Origin: the human T2T-CHM13v2.0 reference genome, Homo sapiens
DNA: 64,000 bases
Assembly (NCBI RefSeq): GCF_009914755.1
Contig: NC_060925.1
Reading direction: 5' to 3' (one strand)
Position numbers and translations under genes: made by a program. The notes beneath the pieces were generated by a model. The model was given only the letters and a program-made list of their open reading frames with translations, did no database searches and had not been told where the DNA came from. Below, in pieces: positions 27,087 to 40,600 of the stretch (positions are counted from its first letter, which is position 1; each line of letters begins with the position of its first letter).

Positions 27087-28154
27087 TACCCCTGAGCCTT
27101 TTCACATGCTGTTTTCTCTCCTTAGAAAAAACTCCTCTAGTTTTCTCTGGTTAACTGTAACTATTCTTTGAATCTTAGCCCTAGTCCACCCTCTGTGCTC
27201 TCAGAGTCCCTGAGCTTGTCAGAGCACTCGGTACCCTGTATTCTAGTCAACCCTCAACTGATAGCTTCCTCCACCAGAGAGAAAGCGTAGTGAGGGTAGG
27301 AAAAGCATCTAATTCACCCAGTTGGCCACATTACTTAGCTCTGTGCTTGGCACATGGTAAGCATTCAGAAAATGGCTTTGAAATAATGAATTGTACTGTA
27401 ACCAGAATTTACTTAGGGTAGAATGGTAAGATTAAAATGTATGAAACAATTACAGAACAAAGCAAAACAGTGTAAAACTAAGTACCAAATGTTCACAACT
27501 TTAGGAATACTCTTATTTTGATAATTGGTCCATGCTATATTAGGTTCTTCATATTAGTATTAATTAGAATAATAATGATCCATTATAATGAAAACTTTAG
27601 TTTTCAAAATGCTTTCACATGCGTTATCTCATTTGATTCTACTCCAATTATTTAGGGACAAAGAAGTCATAGAATCACTTATGCCTCATCATATAACATG
27701 AGCAGGTTTTCATGTCATTTATCCTTTGCTGAACTCGGCTGCTTGTGAACTAGATTGCAACTCTGTGTGAGCTTTAGGAGAAGGTGTAACCTTCCTATTT
27801 TCCAGTGAACATAATGGAACATAGTGTTCTCAAGGACAGACGCTGCTTCACAGACTTTGGGGGCTAAATAGAATCACAGAAGCTCCTCGGAAAATATGAA
27901 CCTACAAACAGAGAAGCATTTAATATATTTAATAAATGCAATTTAATGCCCTCATATTTCATAACTGTGATGAATATATTCCACATATAGATACATGACC
28001 ATTTGCATATTGGCAATTGTATCTCCAAGTAGAAGTTTCATACTCAAGAGCAGAAAAGCATCATTCAAAATCAACAGGATGACTAACTGTGAATTAAGTT
28101 AAACCAGATCAGAATAACACTTTGTTCATTATAGCTTTCCTATCACTAAGAAAT

Positions 28155-28380
28155 ACTATTAATTGAACAGCTACACTGAGCCAACTATTATATCAGGCAC
28201 TATGTTAAATGCTTTGTCATCACTATCTTTAACCTTAGGCATCTCCCAGAGGCAGGTATCATTATCCCTGTTTTATAGACAAGAAAACTGAAAGAAGTAA
28301 AATAAATGTTACATTAAAACATAGCTATTTAAGTGGCTGGGATTTAAACTAAGATCTTTCTGATTTCAAAGTTAGTACTC
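28155..28380 (-). mobile_element. MIR
   Basis: tcaggcactatgttaaatgcttt...attatccctgttttatagacaagaaaactga. Confidence 0.75.
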
Positions 28381-29645
28381 CCTTTACCTTAAAAAGTTTT
28401 GCTAAGCAAAGGATAAACTAATATTTTAGGGTTCTCGGTAATCCGAGAAACCTGTCATTTAAACTGTTTCTCATTATTGCTCCTAATGAAAGCATGAATA
28501 ATTAATTGAGGACTGACAGTCGCCTCCTGATACAAAACACTATGAGTTGCAGATGGGTTCTCCCCACATGACACCATAGCAACGAGTTGAAAAATGGAAA
28601 ACAAAAATCTACGATCACGCAGTTGTTGTCTTTTATTCTAGGTGGAAGGAAGGAGAAAGAGAAAATTAACCTGACCTCTTACTCTTACATGTCAAATATG
28701 ACTAGAACATCCGTGTTTCCTACTGTGCCTCTCCTCCTTGAAAGATCTTAAAGTATTCTAGCAGCAACCAAGACAAAACCCCATCTGACCCTGAAGGTCC
28801 AGCTAATCAGAAAGTGTTATTAGGGCTTTCCAAATTTCCTGTTGCACAACACCTGTACCAAGGATCCTAACACAGCAGCCTGCAGGGATTTGCTAGGAGA
28901 CCATAAAACCTTCCCTGATGAGTTTCCAACTCAGTTGCCACTGCCATAAGAGTCTCCCTGTTAAAACCTTCTCTCCCCCAGCCTTTTAGATTCATGAGGG
29001 GAGAGGGAGAAAAAGGCAGTAGCTGAGGCTGGCATTCAATTCTGCTCAGGGATTTTTCTAACACATCATCACATCACTTCTATGATTCAGAGCTGTATCA
29101 TTAAGAAGGGGGGCTCCTTAAGAGAAGAGGGCCTATTGCCTGTTGATGAACTCTTCCTGGGAGACAGAGGAGGATGGCACAGGGTGATGGAGGGAGAGAA
29201 GAGGAAGACTTTTCTATAGAGGGGACACAGGAGCAATCTTGAATAATGAATAAAAATTAGCCAAGTGAACAAATTAGGAAGTGTGCATATGTGAAATAAC
29301 TGTGTGTGTGTATTTGTGTGGGAGTAGGTTGGGAGGGCAGGGAGGAAAAGGGAAAAGATACTAGCAGGTGAGAGGCATAAAGGTGTGAAGCAGCGAGGTA
29401 CACTTTGTACATAAATCTTGCTCTGCCTATGACCATCTGACCTGGCCTTACCTCTTTCATTTGATTAACAACTCATCCTCAGCTGTCAGGGTGCAGCTGA
29501 GATGTCACACCCTCCAAAAAGCATTCACCAATGGCCCAATACCAAGATATGTTACCTCACTTTGCATCTCCCAAAAGTCCTGTACTTCCCTAAAAGTAGG
29601 ACTTCTCATACTGAAGTTGCCTGCTTACAACTAGGCCCTAAGGTC

Positions 29646-30547
29646 TCTATTAGCTTTCTATTGCTGCTATAACAAATTATCACAATTTAGTAGCTTAAAG
29701 CAACAGAAAGTTACTCTTTTACAGTCCTGTAGACCATAGGTCTGAACTGAGTCTTACAGGGCTAAAATCATGGTGTTAGTAGGACTATTTCCTTCTGGAA
29801 GATCTAGGGAGAATCTGGCTTTTGCCTCTTCCAGCTTCTAGCAGTTGCCAGCATTCCTTGGCTCTGGCCACATCGCTCCAATCTCTCTTCCATGGTCACA
29901 TTGCCTTCTCCTTTTCTTCTATCAAATCTCCCCATTTCTCATTTGTAAGTACATTTGCTTTTGCACTTAAGGCCCACCTGATAATCCAGGATAATCTTCC
30001 TATTGTAAGATCCTTAACTTAATCACATCTGCAAAGTGTCTTTTGCCCTATTAGATAACTGATATGGTTTGAATCTGTGTCCCCACCCAAATCTCACGTC
30101 AAATTGTAATCCCCAATGTCGAAGGTGGGGGCTGGTGGAAGGTGATTAGATCACGGGGGTGGTTTCTCACGAATGCTTTAACACAATCCCCCTTGGTGCT
30201 GTTCTTGTGATAGTGAGTTCTCCTGAGATCTGGTTGTTTAAAAGTGTGTAGCACCTACGCCCATCTCCTCTTCCTCCTGCTCAGCCATGTGAAGTTCTGA
30301 CTTCCCCTTTGCCTTCTGCCATGATTCTAAGTTTTCTGAGGCCTCCCAAAAAGTTGAGCAGATGCTAGCGTCATGCTTCCTGTACAGTCTGTAGAACCAT
30401 GAACCAATTAAATCTGTCTTCTTTATAAATTACTCAGTCTTAGGTTTTTCTTTATAGCAATGTGGGAATGGACGAATGCAGTAACATTCACAAGGTTTGG
30501 GGATTAAGAACTGAATATGTTCAGGAACCACTATTTAGCCTACTACA
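29646..30547 (-). mobile_element. MLT1D-type MaLR LTR interrupted by MSTA
   Basis: ttctattgctgctataacaaattatcacaa...ataatccaggataatct...aatcacatctgcaaag; TSD aggtc/aagtc. Confidence 0.85.
30060..30480 (+). mobile_element. MSTA MaLR solo LTR
   Basis: tgatatggtttgaatctgtgtccccacccaaatctc...; TSD ataac/gtaac. Confidence 0.92.
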
Positions 30548-33500
30548 AAGTCCTTGCTATCATGGGCATGATCTTGTTCCCTGCTCCATCCCTAGTGCTC
30601 CACACAGTTGTCCAGCCCATAGTATGTGCTCAAGGAATGTGTTGAAAAGAAACAAAACTAGTGGATGGATGGAAAAATTGATGCTCTAGGTAACCCAAGC
30701 CATGTGGGTGTGACTGTTGACAATGCTGTTCTCAGGGCAGGGATAGAATATGTAAAGTTCTACAGGGCCTAGTGAGGAGCTTAGCCTAGTGAGGAGATGG
30801 TCAGTAGGAAGTCACCAAAGGACTTCAGGCAGAAGAACATTTTTAAAGAGTCTTGTGTCAACATGTAAAGAATAATATTGGTTCCCACCTAGCCTCTGAA
30901 GCCTACACCTCTCCTTTTTAAATTTAGGAAATAGAATTTCCTCTTCTGAATGGCAAAGGTATCCTGCTCTTAGTTTTATTTGTTGATGGAATGGGACACA
31001 TTCCATGAAGTAGCCTCATGGAGAAGGTGCCAGTATAAAAAGACAAAATTCCTGCATAAACTAAAGATTAGTGTATTCCAGAGGGAAGAGTCCATGGTCT
31101 TTCTTCTGGAAACAGCTCTCAAGAAGTCTCCTTTCCAGCCACCCAAGTCCCTGAAAAAACACACAACCTGGGATTCATTGCCAAAAAAAAAAAAAAAGAA
31201 AGAAAGAAAGAAAAGAAAGAAAGAAAAAAGGCAAGGGAGACTCAGAGACAAAGAAGGGGCCACAGACCACTTAGAAATGACCCTAAAATGCAGAATTATA
31301 TGCTTCCCTTGAGTGAAGATGTGTGCATGCATGCCAACAGTGGAGGCGAAGGAAGGGGAGGCCGCAGATAGAGGTCAATGTTAGCAAGGGAACAGACCCC
31401 AAGGAATTTGACAAGTGGGCTCCGCAGCTGCCAGACAGGCAGGAATACATTCAACAGTGCCAGCACTACTCTCAAAACTGCAACCCTGTGCCAGGAACCT
31501 CTCTGAAAGTGTGTTTTTTCTCATTCAGATTCACAAACAGTAAATGGCATTGTTAAATGCAATCTTGTCATAAACATGGCTCATTTAATATTTTCTAATT
31601 CTTTACATAGATTCAATCAGCAAAAGGTTTTCCTATTTTAGCTCACTTGAGGCTCATACTAACCCCTTAGAGGGAGGATTGACAGCTTTCACAATCCCTA
31701 TTTTACAGATGAAGAAACAGAGGCTCAGAGAGAACATGAACTTCCCCTTGTGGCCACATCCTTAGTGAGTCTAGACAGATTGTTTCAACTGCTGCTCTGG
31801 TGTGTGGTCTACACTACCACACGTATAAAACTCAATCTTCAAGCTAGTCTTTTAAAGGATCATATCACACATTATATGTGTTTATGTGTGAATACACACA
31901 CATAAGAATATACACACTTAAACATACGTATGTATATCATATATATCATTATGTATTCTACACAAAGACATGCTTATATGCATCTATAATATAGATGTCT
32001 AACAGGAAAGCACTTGACATAGCAATGAGAGAGTGTGAAGAGAAAAGCATTATGTTCAGGTGAAATATGAAATAACATGGCAGCCTTTCTTTACCTTGAA
32101 TAACTAAAGGAATGGCAAAATGATAATCAATTCTTAAGAACCAATATAGAACACTTGCATATCTTTTAGATTGCAAGGCTAGATTCTGATGAGAATATGT
32201 GTCTTACTCCTCCTGAGCAAAGACTCATTCATCATCATATTTTCAAATATCTCAAACATCGAGATCCTTTTGTGTGGTAAACACTGTGCATTGCATTGGG
32301 ACACAAAGGCAAATTAAGACACAGTCCCTGCCTTCAAGGAGCTCACAGCAGAGGAACAGGCAGATGTGTAAATCTAGCAATTATCTCACAATGCGGTAAG
32401 TGCTTTCATTGCGCTAACCCATGGGAACACAGAAGGGGGAGGTCTAAGTCATGTTTAGTTCATAGGAGACATTTCAGGTAGAGTTGACGTTGAAGTGAAT
32501 ATGCTGTGTAGGAGCTGTTAGATGAAAAGCACAGAATAAATATTTATTGAATGAAACAATGGAGGAATAACTAAATGAAGAGAAGACTACAGTTTCTTTC
32601 CACGAGCCTGATCCGCTGCAGCTCTCCACCCTCGGTAGAGAATCGAAGATGGGAATTTATTGCATCGAAGCCTTATAGATAATTCATAGACTGTTTAGGT
32701 AGCAGATGTCAAACTCAATAAACAATAAAGTCCACAACTTAGAAAAATGAAAGGATCAGCACCCTCTTCCCATTGTCTAATGAAAGAAAATAAATATTTT
32801 TGTCCTTTTCACTCTTGGTTATCCCATTCTCTCACTTTCTTAGTGAACTTTTTGGATGTCCAATTATCAGGCAGCCTGGAAACAAGTTTCTCTTCTTAAG
32901 ATAAACAGCCAATGACTAAAGCACAATTTATATCTATTATTTTTTCATCAGGCTCCCGTCTATGTGTGGGCAAGGCTAAATAAGAAGAACTGTTAGAAAA
33001 ATTGGAGGCGAGGACACAAATGAGTGTTTTACCTTTGGCATTTAGATGCAGAGCTGATCCTGAACCCCGTGTGTCTTTCTATGTGACATTTCCAGCGCTG
33101 AACTGGAAAATATGAATCTAAGTACAGATATAGTCTATAATGAATCCATCTGGCCACACATCAAGTTTTTAAATATTTACAATTATGGCCCTGGCCTTAT
33201 TAAACTTGCAGGAAAACAGCAGCAGCAGGGTTTACATATGGGCTCAAGAAGCTTCCTTCAGCCAGCACCATGATGGCAACTGCCTGAAATTTCTAGAAAA
33301 ATATATATTCATTTGCCACTCTCTCAGGGTCAAAAAATGGCACAAAAACATCAGGAAAGCGGCTTGCTGGGATTTCTCAAACTGCACACAGGACACTGCA
33401 AAGAGCATGTATGAGCTATCGAGTTTGTATTTAAATCTGTTTCCTTCTTGGAAGACTATTCCATACTGAGGGCCCAAGAGGAGGCAATTCCAACAAATAG

Positions 33501-33817
33501 ATGGAGACAAGAAATAAATGTCAGGAAATGAAGAACTTCCTGTTATCAAGGGCAATGCAAAATCAAGATTTGAATCTGAGTTGGAACCCGCTCTTATTAG
33601 TGTCTTCTAGTCTGTCAGGGCTGTGAGGTTTCCTTGAAGGACCACATGGCTCAGGCACCAGGAGACTGTGTTTCCAGTCCAGGCCTGCTACTCATTCATT
33701 GTATGAGTGTGAGCAAATCGCTTAGTGCCCTGAGAGTCTGTTCTTCTCATACCTAAAATGGGAATGGCAAGCACTACCTACGTAGCTCACAGGGCTGTTT
33801 GAGGCTACGATGCTGTA

Positions 33818-34420
33818 GCAGGGGTTTACAAACTATGATTCAGGAACCATTTGTGGGTCTGGAAATTAGTTTCCTGGATTAAAACTACTATTTTCTTTCT
33901 TTCTTTTTTTCTTCTTTTTGTTTTTTTTGTTTGTTTGTTTGTTTTTTTGAGACAGAGTCTCGCTCTGTTGCCCAGGCTGGTGTGCAGTGGCGTGATCTCA
34001 GCTCACTGCAAGCTCCACCTCCCGGGTTCACACCATTCTGCCTCAGCCTCCAGAGCAGCTTGGACTACAGGCACCCGCCACCACACCCGGCTAATTTTTT
34101 GTATTTTTAGTAGAGATAGCGTTTCACTGTGTTAGCCAGGATGTTCTCGATCTCCTGACCTCGTGATCTGCCCGCCTCAGCCTCCCAAAGTGCTGGGATT
34201 ACAGGCATGAGACCCCATGCCCGGCCAAAACTACAATTTTCCAAACAAAATAGAATTGGAATGGAATCACATAGAATGAACTGGACTGGACTGAACTGGA
34301 ATGGGAAGTAACTCACCCATAGTAAGTACAGCTTTGTAAAATTCTTTTTTCGCTTATATATCTGTATGTAGGTATTAAATTGTGATGCTAAATGCATTTG
34401 TTACTGTAAATTTAAGCTTT
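33818..34420. mobile_element. hAT-Charlie MITE (MER112-like) split by an Alu
   Basis: caggggtttacaaact...aaaatagaattggaatggaat...tgtgatgctaaatgcatttgttactgt. Confidence 0.5.
33896..34226 (-). mobile_element. AluY
   Basis: ctcactgcaagctccacctcccgggttcacacc, ttagccaggatg; TSD aaaactac(t/a)attttc at 33881-33895 and 34227-34241. Confidence 0.95.
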
Positions 34421-35934
34421 GATATATGAAAGAGCTTTGTAAAATGTAAAGAGAGGTACCCAAGGGAGCAAACTAGTTGTCCAGAAATCATAAATGTATT
34501 TTGTTTTCCTTCCCCCATATTTTCAACTAAAAAAAAAAAAAAAGAACAGAATGCACTCAACAAACATATTCTGGTTTCTTCAGCTGCCCCCATGGCTTAT
34601 TGTCAGCATGCTACCTGCTTGACCCCCGAAACGTCTGAATTTGTGATATCTGGGTAAACGGTAATATGTACATATCTCTAATTTTGCACTTTTTGCACTG
34701 AATTAAAATGGTTTTTGCAATGGTCTCCAAGCATCTTAAGAACAGGAACATGATCTTTTAATGTATCCTCCAGGCTGGCAGTGTCCTTAACATAGTAGCT
34801 GTTCAATAAATATTTCTCAAACAAAAGCAGAGTCAAGATTTCTGGATCCCTGTTGGGCTCAGACTTTGCCACTGGCCATCTGGATGATATTGAGGGAGCC
34901 GTTTCTCTGCTGTGTGCCAACGTTTCCCTCACTGGTAAAGTGAGAGTACTGAGCTCAAAGTAATGCTCTCCATATATGTGTGTGCTCTGGGAGATCCATA
35001 AACAGTGAGAAGTCCTTGTCTGCCAAATGATGAAGATTTACACCACTACAGTAGTCTGTTCATTGCTTTTACCTGTTTCACTGATTTCGGCTCTACCTTA
35101 AGATTTCCTTTAACTAGGTGACCTCTAAGGTTCCATCTCACTATGCCATGCAGCCGTCATGACTCCCAGTGAGGTGCTCTTGCAGGTGCACCTCAACACC
35201 TTCCTCTAGTTGTTATGTTCTTTCTCCAAAGCCGGTTAAGTTACGAGTGACTGAAGCTATGGCTAATATGGATAGAACAACACACAGCTCATATGAATTA
35301 CAGCACACAGCTGGGATCATCATTCATTATCTGGCTTTCAAACACAGTCCAGTCAAACAGTCCCATCTTCCTTTTGACTCCTGAAATTTTTGATGACATA
35401 CTGCATTCGTCTGCTCTGATATGTTGCTACTCCCATAGACTTTGCTGAGAACTTTCTATTTCAAGTGTTCATCAGCCAGTGTGGATTAGGAGGACATTTA
35501 ATGGAGAATTCATTATTATGAGAAATCTGTGAGTTGCCGTCATAAAATTTACCCTCACTTTTATAAAAGCCTTCTTCACTCATCCACTTCTTCTGAAAAT
35601 GATCAATACCAGGCTATCACTCCTACGTCTGGCCTACCACTCTGTTTTTCAAAATTTGCAATGTTGACACAAATATGTTATTTGATTCATTTCAACCTAG
35701 GATTACCGTATGCCTATTATGTACCGGGTACTGCGCTAACCAAGAGCAGTAAACAAAAGTGTCCTTTACATATCTATGTCCTTGTGCAATGGCATGTCCC
35801 CTTCTCACCTTCTCATTCTGTTCCTTATCCCTCAAGACGAAATTATCTCATAATTCTATTATGCCCTTTATGACTCAATCTTCATAGGCTTACTCAGCTA
35901 TACCTGAATTTCTCTCTAGTCATCATATATTTTA

Positions 35935-36050
35935 CCTTGTGCCTCAGTTTCCTTAACTTGTGGGGAAGACTGAATGAAGAGAGGTGAAGCACTTAAATTG
36001 TGCCAGGCACATAATATATATTAAACAAATATTAGTTATTACGATTATTA
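35935..36050 (+). mobile_element. MIR 3' part
   Basis: gtgcctcagtttcct...gtgccaggcacataat...aaatattagttatta. Confidence 0.75.
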
Positions 36051-37389
36051 TATTTATCATTGTGATTGGCAGAGAGCAATAATTGGAGGGAGCTTGGCAT
36101 TAAGATGGGTCATTCAAAGAGAGAAGGCAAAGATCCAAAGCATTGGTAATGTGGAGGTTCCTTCCTGGACCAACTGCATAAAAGGAAGAAGATGGTCTTT
36201 GAATGAAAATAGATAATGCTAGAAGCATTCTTCTGATTGCTTCAGATGTCAGGTCCAGGCTATGGCCAGCTGCCCATGAAGGGTCAGACATCACGAGCAT
36301 CCTCGTCTCTCCATCCCCATCCCCCTGCAGCTCTGGAAGATATTTTCTGTTCTGGCCTTTCAGGAGGAGCTGCCTGGGGCTCTCAGCTCAGGCTGCCAAC
36401 GTTGAACGAGCAGGTCACACTTCTTGGCAGCCAAGGGTGGAGGGCTCCTCAGGCAACACTCAATGTCAGGCAACACTGGCTCTTCTTCTGGCTGCCCCAC
36501 TCAAAATTATTGATTTGAGTGTGTGAATCAGAAATGAGAGCTAGAGCTGCAAAGCGGCCTATTTCCTATCCATAATACAGCTGGTATAATGTGAGAGGTC
36601 ATTCATTCATACCCTCTCAGAGCATCTAAGTCCGTGCTTTCCTCAAGCCCAGAAAAATGTCACTCTTCACCCAAGGACAGAGCTCATATTCCAAAAGGTT
36701 TCAATAGCTTATTCTTCTGCCTAGCTGCAAACTGGCCAGCTCAAAGCATATAGGCAGCAATATTTACTCATCACACTGTCTTAGGGAGGGCTTCAATGCG
36801 TCCTCAGAAATTTTTTAAAATAAGGACTTTTATTAATTTTTTAAAAAATACTTTGTCTATTTATTCACCCAACAAATACTCACCTCCTGAACTCCCTGGA
36901 ATAATACTTGATATTTAGATGGGTAAGTTGAAAAAGCACCATATGTAATTTTCTGCTTTCTATTGATCACAATATAACAGTTAGAGAAAGAGAGCTAGAT
37001 AATACTATAGAGTGTGAGGGGTGTTATAATGATGGTCAGTACATGTCAAGACATGGGCAAGGCATTTGGAAATAGAAATATCAAAATGATTGAGTAAGAT
37101 ATAAAAATGCTGCCTTAAAACACAAAGGAATATGTGCAATAGACATGCATTCCTCCACTGCCAAGTCCTTCTCAAACCCCGAGTCTCACTACACTTCTAA
37201 CGCCCCATGTCCCTAAACATTTCTCTACCTCTAAGTCCTCCCTAGAAGGGGCAAGCATCAGAGACAGGAAGATACTAATTATACCTTTCACTTGGTAGTA
37301 AAATATGTTTCTTTGTTTTATAAATGAAATAAAATGGATGGGTCAAAATACTGGATAATATTGACAGTAATGCTAATAATTGTAATTAT

Positions 37390-37610
37390 TATTAATAATA
37401 GTTACTGGATTCTTAGTATGTGTTACCCATTTGGCTAAGCAGCTTACATACATTCTCTTATTTAATGCTTGTGAAACCCTACGCATTAGGTTCTATTGCT
37501 CTTCATTTTACAGCAGGTGAAACGGAAGTTGCCCAGAGTCACCCAGCTAGTATGTGATGTAGCTTAAACTTGAATATATATCTGATTACTAAATCAAGTC
37601 TGCTAATAAC
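37390..37610 (-). mobile_element. MIR
   Basis: cattttacagcaggtgaaacggaagttgcccagagtcacccagctagt. Confidence 0.75.
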
Positions 37611-40600
37611 TACATTATATATATATATATAATATTTATTTGTATATAATGTGTGTGTATATATATACATATGGTTAACGGGGCAATTAGGAAACCTTCA
37701 CAGAAGATCCGAGTGCTGAAAGACAAACAGGAATTTTGAAATCTGTTAATTCTAACCAATCAACTAGCCTCTTCAATTATACAACTCTATGAAGTTAATT
37801 TTACTTTAATTTTATGAACTAACAGAAAGATAGCAACTTGGTGCCCGAAATTTAGTAAATTTTTTTAAAAAATCTCTAGTTACTATATTCTCTTACCCTC
37901 CCTTCTTCTATCCCCATGAGCCTAGCATAGTGCTATATACATATTTGACTATATGACTGATGGATGTAGACAAAGTCTGAGATTTGGGGAACCTCCCAGA
38001 TCATCAGTCATGAAGCAGGGCTTCAACATGACAGCAACATATCCCCAGCCGCAGTTTGTGTAGAAAGATTTTATTTCAAGGCGCAGTTGAAAGCATCTCC
38101 TTTGCTTTGTTCGTGTTAATTATTTCTGAAATATAAGAAAGTGCATCCAGACAGGGGTAGAAACATCCAGACCTTTTGCTATTCATTTCTAAAAACAGAT
38201 TCTGTTCCTTTACGGAGGATATCCTGGTTAATCAAACAGTATGTGCTCTTTTAATTTTCCTTGCTGGTTTCTGTCTCCATTCTTTTCTGTTGTTTCACAG
38301 TCATTTTTAGAGATTTAAGGAGTGGGTGGAGGAAGTGGAAACAGTTTTAATATCAATAAACTAATGATAGTAGCTAGAGCTAATTTTCCCTTATGCTTTT
38401 GGAAACAGGAAGAATCAAGAACAAGTTAAGAGAGAGCTTTCTTTGCTGGCAAATTCATTTCCCATAAAGAGAGGCGGTCATCTTTCCTGAGGAGTCTGAA
38501 ATTCTAAGATAAAGATGAAAAGATGATATTTTATCATAATGACACGGATCTGCATTCCCATTTATCTTGTGCTCCCACAGCAAAATATACTGGGAACTGT
38601 CATGCTGCTTTGAAAAGTGGGAAAATATTTAGCCATTTAAATAATCCAAAAGTAAAAAGAGGCACCAAAGGGGAATAGCACAGAATAATAGCTTTATAGT
38701 CTCCCTAGGAGAAAAAAACTCAAATTGCTGACCCAGATTTCAGAATTTATAACTCACCTCCTAAACTCTGTCTGCAACTAGTGCTATTTAGAAAAGAGTA
38801 TTTCTTTGGTAGTTCCTTAATAATAATAATCCTTTACATCCCTATAGCACTTTAGGCTTCTTTCAAAGTATTTCCACATCCATTATCTCATTTGGTCTTC
38901 AGAGCAGCCGTGCAAAGTACACAGGGCCAAGACAATTACCTCCATTAACAGAAACCAGTGACTGTTCACAGGCGTCAAACTAGCCCTGCTGTAGTTAAAA
39001 GAGCAGAAACCAGCCACATGATGCTCGGGCCCAAAGACTGGATTCCTTCTCTCAGAAACCCACTGTTTGCTTGCTGAGAACATGCACAATTGTCAGGAGC
39101 TTCCCAAAGTTACGCATTTCACCATCTTAAAAACAATTAATGTCAAATATTTCCTCTGAGCCAATGCTACTGAAAAGACAGCCCAGCTCTGAATAATACA
39201 CACTGATTAAAACTTCCCCTTTTCCTTCTTTCGTAGTTGGGTCCAAGAAGATTTAAATTAACTTATGGTGAAAAGCTTAGTCACTTAAAAAAAAAAATTA
39301 AATCCAGAAGCTGCAATTGAGAATTTCTTACTTTCTTTTACATCATAGCTATTTCGAAGTCCCATCATGCTGGTGCCTAACTCTACCTCTATTTAAAATC
39401 TACAGCTGGGTTATATTTTCACCTTCTGGTTTAAATACATTTCGAATGTGTCAGTATCATTGCTTCTACTCCAGATTAATAGGATCAGCCAAAAGGATGG
39501 CTAACATTTTTGTTGCTATAGAAACTAGTCCTGATGTTACACAGCTTGCCTTTCCCCTCTTTGCCATACATCTATCCAGCTACTGAACACAGACATCTTT
39601 TTGTTTCACAAGGAATTACATTAAAAAATTAAACCATAATTTCATCCTGGTTTAGTCCCCTTTCTGTCAAAAAGAGTATTAAGTAATATGAAGAAGCATC
39701 CAAAAGAAAGTGGGAATTGCTGATATTGCTCAATAGCTTATGAGCCTCCCAGATATAAAGAGAACATAAGTTCAGCAAATTATTCCACATCCTAAATCCA
39801 TGTTCATTTCTGCTCGAGTTAAGTACTTTACAGCTTTTCCTTCGCAAACCTCTAAGCCTGGCCAACACTTTCCACATTAGTCTCTCGACAACCAAACCAA
39901 GCCAGTTCTTACTCTTCTCCCTTTCACCCACCCCCAAAAAAGAAAAGCATTTCTGGACAGCTGTTTCCTTAAATATACCATCAACATCCTCTAACATATC
40001 ACCTTCATTGTACACTCAGGTTCTTTTTCCACAGATGCACCATCGCCCCCAGAGAAAACCTCTCACACAGAATTAAGATGTGAAGTTTCAGCACCTAATG
40101 ATGCAGCCAGCACGTATGGCTGATGCCAGAAGGTACACTCAATAAGGAAGAGATAGAGGGCATAATAATAATAATAAAAAAAGCACCCTTCCCAAATGAC
40201 TGGGAAACACAGCTTCTCCAGCCCCTGTAATGACTGATGTTTATCAAAAGCAGAGGCAATGAGCAGCTCTGTAATTGGCAGGATCTACACTGTCAGTTGT
40301 CCATTTGTCACATCTATGATGGTGGTAGCAGCTTATGCATTAAGTGGCATTTCTCCCTTTCCCATTATAGGTTTAAATAAAACTTTCACAACCATTTGGG
40401 AGCCATAGACAACCCAAAGGAACAGATTCCTTAGGCAGCTCCCTGGGTTATCAAGCTTACCTGGAGGTGTTATGGATATTATATTGAGTAAGAGAATATT
40501 TGAGGAAGCCTTTCCTCACTTGATGGAATGCAACCCACAGGTTAGATGCAAAGCACTCTAATAAGGCTGAGGCTACTTTGCACCAAGAGCCAAGGAAGAG

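Noticed and set aside
34250-34305. GGAAT/GGACT pentamers resembling satellite III or heat-shock elements
   Set aside because: Short direct repeats inside a MITE, not alternating nGAAn/nTTCn and not a satellite array
36875-36910. 12-nt minus-strand microexon (GGAGTTCAGGAG|gtgagt)
   Set aside because: Weak pyrimidine tract and lies in an L2-like tail
39629-40015. 128-aa minus-strand ORF in unique DNA
   Set aside because: Non-ATG start, no recognisable domain, length within chance for 64 kb
40086-40110. REST/RE1 left half TTCAGCACC
   Set aside because: No GGACAG right half at a valid spacing
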